Source: Aquabacterium sp.
GTDB taxonomy: Bacteria; Pseudomonadota; Gammaproteobacteria; Burkholderiales; Burkholderiaceae_C
DNA length: 64,000 bases
Assembly (NCBI RefSeq): GCF_023266355.1
Contig: NZ_JAHFQM010000001.1
Direction: 5' to 3' (one strand)
This document shows positions 57,612 to 64,000 of this stretch, in pieces (position 1 is the stretch's first letter; the number at the start of each line of letters is the position of its first letter). The notes beneath the pieces are model-generated. The model did no database searches. It worked only from the letters and a program-made list of their open reading frames with translations, and was not told the DNA's origin. Both the position numbers and the translations under genes were made by a program.

Positions 57612-59945
57612 ATGAGTTTCCTGAGCCGTTTCAAGGAACTGGGCAAATCACAGGACCGTGACGAGGTCCAGCCTGAGGCCCTGAGCACGGAAGGCATGGT
57701 GACCGCCGCGGGTGTGCAGATGGTGGACACGCAGGCCTCGCCCTCGACACTCCAGGGCGGCGCGACCACCACCTCGGACTCGATCATCTCGGAAGCCGCG
57801 CCCTCGCAGTTCCCCGACGACTACAACGAAACCCGCCTGCACCCCGATGTCGACGGCCTGCCCGCCAACGAGGCCCGCTCCGGCCTGCCTCTGATCGGCC
57901 ACCTGCGCCTGGACCGCCAGCAGCGCGTGCTGGGTGCCACGCTGGCCGTGGGCGTGCTGGGCCTGATGCTCAGCGCCTTCCTGTCGGTGAACTCCGCAGA
58001 CCGCCGCGCCGCGCAGACCGGCGCCACCGGTCAGGCGCTGATGCAGTCGCAACGCTTGGCCAAGTCGGTCTCGCAGGCCTTGATCGGCCGCGCGCAGGCT
58101 TTCGCCGAGGTGTCGGACAGCGCCAAGGTGCTGGCCAGCAACGTGCGCGGCCTGGCCCAGGGCGACAGTGGCATGGGCCTCAACCAGGTGCAGGGCGGGG
58201 CGCAAGAGGCGCTCAATGGCCTGATCCCGCTGGTGGACCGCGCCGAGAAGAACGCCAACTTCGTGCTCTCGCAGAAGCAGACGCTGACCCAGGTGAGCTC
58301 GGCGCTGCGCGAGGTCAACGGGCAGTCCTCCGAGCTGCTGGACCTGGCCGAAGGCATCGCCTCGGCCCGCATCGAGAAGGGCGGCGTGAGCCCTGCCGAG
58401 TCCTTGTCGCTGAACCAGTTGGTCATGCTGACCCAGCGCATCGGCAAATCGGCCAACGAATTCCTGACCGTGGAAGGCGTGTCCACCGAGGCCGTGTTCC
58501 TGCTGGGCAAGGACCTCAACGCCTTCAAGGAAATCGCCGAAGGCCTGCTCAACGGCAACCAGGAGCTCAAGCTCGTGGCCTCCCGCGACCCGGTGGTGCG
58601 CGAGCAGCTGGACGCGCTGCTGAAGATTTTCGAGCGCACCCGCACGCAGTCCACCTTCATCCTGGGTTCGCTGCAAGGCCTGGTGGCCGCGCGCGACGCA
58701 CAGGTGGCCGTGATCGACGACTCTGAGCCGCTGCGCAAGGGCCTGGAGGACGTGCAGCGCAAGCTGACCGAAGGCGCCGGCATCGGTGGCCTGAACGTGG
58801 CGCTGATCCTGGTCTTCCTGCTGGTGACGGCGGCTGCCGCGTATGGCCTGCTGCGCGTCTTCCTGACCGACCAGCGCCAGCGCGCCCTGGTGGCCGAAGC
58901 CCAGCGCCAGGAAGCCGAACGCCAGGAGCGCGAGGCCAAGCGCGTCAACGACGCGACCCAGGCGGCCATTCTGCGGCTGATGAACGAACTGCAGATGGTG
59001 GCCGAGGGCGACTTGACGCAACAGGCCACGGTGACGGAAGACATCACCGGCGCCATCGCCGACTCGGTGAACTTCACGGTGGAAGAGCTGCGCACCCTGG
59101 TGGCCCAGGTGCAGGGCGCGGTGTCGCGGGTGTCGGACACGACCGGCCAGGTGGAGTCCACCTCGACCGAGCTGCTGGCCGCCTCCGACGAGCAGCTGCG
59201 CGAGATCCGCGAAACCGGCGAGTCCGTGCTGCAGATGGCAGGCCGAATCAACGAGGTGTCGGCGCAAGCCCAGCACACGGCCGACGTGGCGCGCCAGTCG
59301 CTGGCCGCGGCCGACTCCGGCCTGGCCGCCGTGCAGAACGCCATCGGCGGCATGAACACCATCCGCGAGCAGATCCAGGAAACCTCCAAGCGCATCAAGC
59401 GGCTGGGCGAGTCGTCGCAGGAAATCGGCGAAATCACCGAACTGATCTCGGACATCACCGAGCAGACCAACGTGCTGGCTTTGAACGCCGCCATCCAGGC
59501 CGCGTCTGCCGGTGAGGCCGGTCGCGGTTTCTCGGTGGTGGCCGAGGAAGTGCAGCGCCTGGCCGAACGCTCGGCCGACGCGACCCGCGAAATTGCCGCG
59601 CTGGTGCGCACCATTCAGACCGACACCCAGGACGCCGTGGCCGCCATGGAGCGCTCCACGCAGGGTGTGGTCGAAGGGGCCCGCCTGTCGGACGCCGCCG
59701 GTTCCGCGCTGGGCGACATCGACCGCGTGTCGCGCCGCCTGGCCGAGCTGATCGAGCAGATTTCCTCGCAGGCTCTGCGCGAGGCCGCATCGGCCAACGT
59801 GGTGGTGTCGAACATCCAGCACATTTTTGCCGTGACCGAGCAGACGGGCGAGGGCACGCGCTCCACCGCCCAACTGGTGCGCGAGTTGGCCAAGACCGCC
59901 GATGAGCTGCAGCAATCGGTGGCCCGCTTCAAGATTTCGGCCTGA
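57612..59945 (+). CDS. pilJ: Methyl-accepting protein PilJ
   Basis: TM segments, large periplasmic region, signalling hairpin [36 protein letters not shown]. Confidence 0.85.
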   Translation: MSFLSRFKELGKSQDRDEVQPEALSTEGMVTAAGVQMVDTQASPSTLQGGATTTSDSIISEAAPSQFPDDYNETRLHPDVDGLPANEARSGLPLIGHLRLDRQQRVLGATLAVGVLGLMLSAFLSVNSADRRAAQTGATGQALMQSQRLAKSVSQALIGRAQAFAEVSDSAKVLASNVRGLAQGDSGMGLNQVQGGAQEALNGLIPLVDRAEKNANFVLSQKQTLTQVSSALREVNGQSSELLDLAEGIASARIEKGGVSPAESLSLNQLVMLTQRIGKSANEFLTVEGVSTEAVFLLGKDLNAFKEIAEGLLNGNQELKLVASRDPVVREQLDALLKIFERTRTQSTFILGSLQGLVAARDAQVAVIDDSEPLRKGLEDVQRKLTEGAGIGGLNVALILVFLLVTAAAAYGLLRVFLTDQRQRALVAEAQRQEAERQEREAKRVNDATQAAILRLMNELQMVAEGDLTQQATVTEDITGAIADSVNFTVEELRTLVAQVQGAVSRVSDTTGQVESTSTELLAASDEQLREIRETGESVLQMAGRINEVSAQAQHTADVARQSLAAADSGLAAVQNAIGGMNTIREQIQETSKRIKRLGESSQEIGEITELISDITEQTNVLALNAAIQAASAGEAGRGFSVVAEEVQRLAERSADATREIAALVRTIQTDTQDAVAAMERSTQGVVEGARLSDAAGSALGDIDRVSRRLAELIEQISSQALREAASANVVVSNIQHIFAVTEQTGEGTRSTAQLVRELAKTADELQQSVARFKISA

Positions 59946-59969
59946 CCCCGAACAAGGGACACCAACGCC

Positions 59970-62900
59970 ATGGACAGCCTCCACCCCGACGCCGCTGATA
60001 TGTCCGAGTCAGACCTGCATGCCGACGACCTCAGCGCCCTGGCCTGGGTGCAGGAGGAGTTGCGCAAGTCGCTGGACGCCGCGCACAAGGCGCTGCACCG
60101 CGCTCTCAAGGACCGGCAATCGGCCGAGCAGTCCGACGTCGATGCGCTCGACCCGGCCGTGCTGCGCACCGCGCGCCAGCAGGTCCACCAAGGCGTGGGC
60201 GCGCTGGAGCTGGCGGGGCTGCCCGCCGGTGCCGCTTTGCTGCGTGCCAGCGAGGCCCTGGTGCAGAAGTTCGTCAACCGCCCCAGCGCGCTGAGCGCCG
60301 ACGCGGTGCGCGACATCGAACGCGCCTCTTTCGCCTTGCTGGACTACATGTCGCGCCGCGTGGCGGGCAAGCAGGTCTCGGCCGTGGCGCTGTTCCCGCA
60401 GTACGAGGCCCTGGTGGCCCGCGTGGGCGGCACGCTGCCGCGCCCGTCCGATTTGTGGGCGCAGGACTGGCCGGCGCTGTCGCTGGAATCGACCCTGGCC
60501 GCGCCCGAAGACGTCGCGCCGCGCAAGGCCGATGCCGAGACCGTCGAAGCCTTCGAAGCTGGCCTGCTGAGCCTGCTGCGCCGCCAGCAACCCGAAGACG
60601 CCCAGACCCTGGCCGGCCTGTGCACCGGCCTGGCGCGCGATGCCGAGCAGCGCCGTGCCCACCGCGAGGCCGCCACCTGGATGCTGGCCAGCGGTTTCCT
60701 GGAAGGGCTGTCCGATCGCCACATCGAGCTCAGCGTGCACGCCAAGCGCGTGCTGTCGTCCCTGCTCAGCCAGCTGCGCGTGATCGTCAAGGGCAATGGC
60801 GTGCCCTCCGACCGACTGGCCTCCGAGCTGTTGTTCTTCTGCGCGCAAGCCGCCGAGGCCCAGCCTTCTGACCACTCCGTGCTGGCCCGCGTGCGCCAGA
60901 CCTTCGGGCTGGAGCGCCACCGCCCGGTCAGCCTGGTGCAATCGGCGCTGGGTCGCCACGACCCGGCCGTCATCACCCAGGCGCTCAAGCGCGTGGGCAG
61001 TGCGAAGGAAGGCTGGTCGGCCGTGGCCGCGGGCGAGGTCTTGCGCCTGGGCGGCCTGGGCGAGCAGTTCTCGCTCGTGGGCGATTCGCTGCGCAAGCTC
61101 TTCCCCGAGGGCGAGGTTCTGGGCAATGCCCTGACCGATGCCGTGCAACGCAGCGTGGCCCGCGCACAGGCGCCGGACGCTGGCCTGGCCATGGAAGTGG
61201 CCACCAGCCTGCTGTACGTCGAAGCCAGCCTGGAAGACGCCGAATTCGACCAGCCCGAGCAGCGCGACCGCGTGCACCGCCTGGCCGAGCGCATCCGCCA
61301 GGTCAGCGAAGGCCAGCCGGCCGCCCCGCTGGAAGGCTGGATGGAGGACCTCTACCGCCGCGTCTCCGACCGCCAGACCATCGGCAGCGTGGTGCAGGAG
61401 TTGCGCACGGCGCTGTCCGAATCCGAAAAGCACATCGACCAGTTCTTCCGCGACCCGCAGGACCGCAGCCCGCTGATCGAGGTGCCCAAGCAACTGCAGT
61501 CCGTCCGCGGCGTGCTGGCCGTGCTGGGCCTGGACCTGGCCGCGCAGGCCAGCGTGCACATGCGCCACGACGTCGAGCACCTGTTGCAGCCCGATGCCGA
61601 CCTGGACGCCGCCGCGCAAGCGGGTGTCTTCGACCGCTTGGCCACCAACCTGGGCGCGCTCGGCTTCCTCATCGACATGATGGGCGTGCAGCCGGGCCTG
61701 GCCAAGTCCCTGTTCACCTTCGACGAGGCCACCGGCGTGTTGTCGCCGCTGATGGGCCGGGAAAAAAAAACACCGCTGACGCCCGACGATCCCGTTGAGG
61801 CTGCGGCCCACCACGTCCACCAGGTCGAGAAGGACGAAGCCCAGGCCGCAGCCGAAGAGGTGGTGCAGGCGCTGGGGCAGGGCGATGCGGGCCTGGACGA
61901 TGTCTCCGAGCAATTGCAGAAACTGGCCGAAACGCCCCATGTGCAGGACCAGGCCGGCCTGGCCGACCAGCTCGCGGCCGCGCAAGCCGCGTTGGACCAC
62001 GCCCGCCAGGGCGCACACGGTGAGGCCGATGCCCAGGCCGTGGCCGCCGCCCGCGAACACGTGGCCGAGCAGGTCGCGCAGGTCCTGGCCGACCTGACCC
62101 AGCCTGAGCCCGTGCCACAGGAGCCCGCTGCGCCGGTGCTGCCCCTGCTGGCGCCCACGCCCGCGGCCGAGCTTGCATCGACCGGGCTGGAAGAAGACGA
62201 CGAGATGCGCGGCATCTTCCTGGAGGAAGCCCGCGAGGTCATCGGCGAGGCCCGCGAGGCCCTGGCCACGCTGCAGCGCCAGCCCTCCGACCTCAATGCC
62301 CTCACGGCCGTGCGCCGGGCTTTCCACACGCTCAAGGGCAGCTCGCGCATGGTGGGCCTCAAGGAATTTGGCGAAGCCGGCTGGGCCTGCGAACAGCTCT
62401 ACAACACCTGGCTGGCCTCGCAGCAACCGGCCAGCGACGACCTCACCGGCCTCACCGACGAGGTGCTCCGCCACCTGGCCGACTGGACCGAGGCCATCGC
62501 CACCGGCCAGGACGCTGGCTGGCACAGCGCGCCCGTGGTGGCCGCTGCCGAAGCCCTGCGCCTGCGCGGTGAACGCCAGCCGCTGCAGCCTCGGCCAGCG
62601 CCGGTGCCCGCCGCGACTGCCATGCCTGTGTCGCCTGCTGTGCCCGAACTGCCGTCCAGCGATGCTATGCCAGAAGCCCCGCCGCCCGCGATGCAGCTGG
62701 ACGCCGTCGCCGAGCCCGATCGCCTGGCGCTCGACCTGCCGGCCCTGTCCGATTTGCCTGATTTGCCCGAGCTGTCTGAGCTGACCCAAGCACCGGCGCA
62801 TGGTGTTGCCGGCAGTGACAGTGGCGCCGACAGAGACATCGCCGCGCCCGATGCGTCCGCAGCCGAGCCCGAGATCGCGCTGGACCTGCGCACGCTGGAG

Positions 62901-64000
62901 GTCATCGAGCCCACCGACGTCGTGCTGCTCGACGACACCGACCCAACCCAGCCAGCGCCGCTGGAGGCGGGTGCCGCCCCTGACATCGACCTCTCCGCCG
63001 ACTTCGACGCGTTGCTGCTGCCCACCGAGGTCATCGAGCTCTCCGAGCCCGCAGACGTCGTGGCAGCTGCGGACGTCGCGGACGTCGCAGAGGCCGCTGA
63101 ACCGATGGTGCCTGCGGAAGACAGCGACGAGCAGGTCAAGGTGATCGGCCCGCTGCGCATCAGCATTCCGCTGTTCAACATCTACCTCAACGAGGCCGAC
63201 GAGCAATCGCGCCGCCTGTGCACCGCGCTCAACGAATGGGCGCTGGAGGTGCACCGTCCTGTCAGCGACGAGGCGGTGGCCCTGGCGCACTCCCTGGCCG
63301 GCAACTCGGCCGCCGTGGGCTACAGCGGCCTGTCGCAGCTCGCCCGCTTGCTGGAGCACTGCCTGATGCGCTCGCAGCAGCTGGGCCCGGCCGATGCCGA
63401 CACCGCCGCGCTGTTCAACGAAGCCGCCGACGAGATCCGCCAGCTGCTGCACCAGTTCGCCGCGGGCTTCCTGCGCGAGCCCTCCGAGCCCCTGCGCCAG
63501 CGCCTGGAGGCCTTTGACCACGAGGCCTCGCGCCGCATCGAGGTCGGCGATTTCGGCCAGCCCACCGAGGCGCCGGCTTCGCACCTGCGCCTGGTGCGCA
63601 GCAGCGACAGCATGCCCCTGGATGGCCTGAGCGACGATGGCCTGTCCGTGGACGCGCCGCTGCCCAGTGAGATCGCGCACACCATCGCCCACATCACGCC
63701 CAGCCCGCACGACGCCCTGGCGCCGCTGCACCTGCCCTGGGACGACGAAGACGACATCGACGCCACCGACCACATCGACACGGACCTCTTCCCCATCTTC
63801 GAGGAAGAGGCGCTGGAGCTGCTGCCGCAGTTGTCGTCGCAAACCCGCCAGTGGCTGGACCACCCCGATCAGCCCGATGCGCCTGCGGCCTGCATGCGCA
63901 CGCTGCACACCTTCAAGGGCGGTGCGCGCCTGGCCGGTGCCATGCGCCTGGGCGAGTTGGCGCACCGGCTGGAATCCAGCATCGAGCGCCTGCTGGCCGA
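59970..64000 (+). CDS. chpA: ChpA/PilL multi-Hpt CheA-like kinase; 3' end beyond the window
   Basis: My own translation of frame 0 from ATG 59970 (MDSLHPDAADMSESDLHADDLSALAWVQEELRKSLDAAHKAL...) stays open to nt 64000; the track omits it, presumably for lack of a stop. Hpt-type motifs RRAFHTLKGSSRMVG (about 62320), LAHSLAGNSAAVG (about 63290), MRTLHTFKGGARLAG (about 63900). Confidence 0.85.
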   Translation, partial: MDSLHPDAADMSESDLHADDLSALAWVQEELRKSLDAAHKALHRALKDRQSAEQSDVDALDPAVLRTARQQVHQGVGALELAGLPAGAALLRASEALVQKFVNRPSALSADAVRDIERASFALLDYMSRRVAGKQVSAVALFPQYEALVARVGGTLPRPSDLWAQDWPALSLESTLAAPEDVAPRKADAETVEAFEAGLLSLLRRQQPEDAQTLAGLCTGLARDAEQRRAHREAATWMLASGFLEGLSDRHIELSVHAKRVLSSLLSQLRVIVKGNGVPSDRLASELLFFCAQAAEAQPSDHSVLARVRQTFGLERHRPVSLVQSALGRHDPAVITQALKRVGSAKEGWSAVAAGEVLRLGGLGEQFSLVGDSLRKLFPEGEVLGNALTDAVQRSVARAQAPDAGLAMEVATSLLYVEASLEDAEFDQPEQRDRVHRLAERIRQVSEGQPAAPLEGWMEDLYRRVSDRQTIGSVVQELRTALSESEKHIDQFFRDPQDRSPLIEVPKQLQSVRGVLAVLGLDLAAQASVHMRHDVEHLLQPDADLDAAAQAGVFDRLATNLGALGFLIDMMGVQPGLAKSLFTFDEATGVLSPLMGREKKTPLTPDDPVEAAAHHVHQVEKDEAQAAAEEVVQALGQGDAGLDDVSEQLQKLAETPHVQDQAGLADQLAAAQAALDHARQGAHGEADAQAVAAAREHVAEQVAQVLADLTQPEPVPQEPAAPVLPLLAPTPAAELASTGLEEDDEMRGIFLEEAREVIGEAREALATLQRQPSDLNALTAVRRAFHTLKGSSRMVGLKEFGEAGWACEQLYNTWLASQQPASDDLTGLTDEVLRHLADWTEAIATGQDAGWHSAPVVAAAEALRLRGERQPLQPRPAPVPAATAMPVSPAVPELPSSDAMPEAPPPAMQLDAVAEPDRLALDLPALSDLPDLPELSELTQAPAHGVAGSDSGADRDIAAPDASAAEPEIALDLRTLEVIEPTDVVLLDDTDPTQPAPLEAGAAPDIDLSADFDALLLPTEVIELSEPADVVAAADVADVAEAAEPMVPAEDSDEQVKVIGPLRISIPLFNIYLNEADEQSRRLCTALNEWALEVHRPVSDEAVALAHSLAGNSAAVGYSGLSQLARLLEHCLMRSQQLGPADADTAALFNEAADEIRQLLHQFAAGFLREPSEPLRQRLEAFDHEASRRIEVGDFGQPTEAPASHLRLVRSSDSMPLDGLSDDGLSVDAPLPSEIAHTIAHITPSPHDALAPLHLPWDDEDDIDATDHIDTDLFPIFEEEALELLPQLSSQTRQWLDHPDQPDAPAACMRTLHTFKGGARLAGAMRLGELAHRLESSIERLLA

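Noticed and set aside
60009-63965. 1318-aa minus-strand ORF, the longest in this part of the track.
   Set aside because: It is antisense to chpA. The plus-strand frame translates into recognisable ChpA/PilL sequence with Hpt motifs, while the minus ORF is an Arg/Gly/Ala/Gln-rich low-information product typical of GC-rich shadow frames.

Overview
High-GC proteobacterial chromosome segment. The gene content (pilQ-aroK, a PilG/H/I/J-ChpA cluster, PEP-CTERM proteins, a DUF3683 oxidoreductase) suggests Burkholderiales, but that is inference only. About 53 densely packed protein-coding genes. I saw no rRNA, tRNA, CRISPR array, IS element, integrase or prophage signature. Left to right: pilQ (5'-truncated), aroK, galU, valS. 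Then a stress block (Usp, ElaB/YqjE/YqjK-like, beta-CASP MBL hydrolase), an esterase, DUF1275 and a membrane ORF, then uvrD and dps. Next comes a polysaccharide module (GT2, GT32, Wzx-like flippase) co-transcribed with a REC-histidine kinase and a NarL-type regulator. Divergent from it is a chemosensory cassette: CheZ-like, CheY, CheA, CheW, a secreted stand-alone sCache protein and an MCP. Then a hydrolase/TetR pair, HIT plus a giant DUF3683-GlcD-GlcF fusion, and a GDPD. A periplasmic GMC dehydrogenase operon follows (GMC, Tat small subunit, OM channel, ALDH) with a divergent sigma-54 activator and an unusually repeat-rich 520-bp control region. Then an oxidation island: AraC, XylA-like reductase, AlkB-like hydroxylase, a coupled small ORF, a second AraC, a Tat-exported cholesterol-oxidase homolog and a CocE/NonD hydrolase. 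Finally two PEP-CTERM proteins, mpl-hemL-thiD-like, rubredoxin, and pilG-pilH-pilI-pilJ-chpA (3'-truncated). All functional calls rest on motifs read from the supplied translations and on recalled family knowledge; no database search was possible. The many long ORFs antisense to real genes are GC-driven shadow ORFs. The most interesting items are listed here. (1) The Che cassette sits back-to-back with a sensor-less REC-kinase/NarL/flippase operon and includes a short CheZ-like protein and a stand-alone secreted Cache protein. (2) The AlkB-like / cholesterol-oxidase-like / CocE island, whose oxidase appears to lack the isomerase base Glu361. (3) Helically phased 10-bp and 11-bp tandem arrays lie in the ALDH/sigma-54-activator intergenic region.
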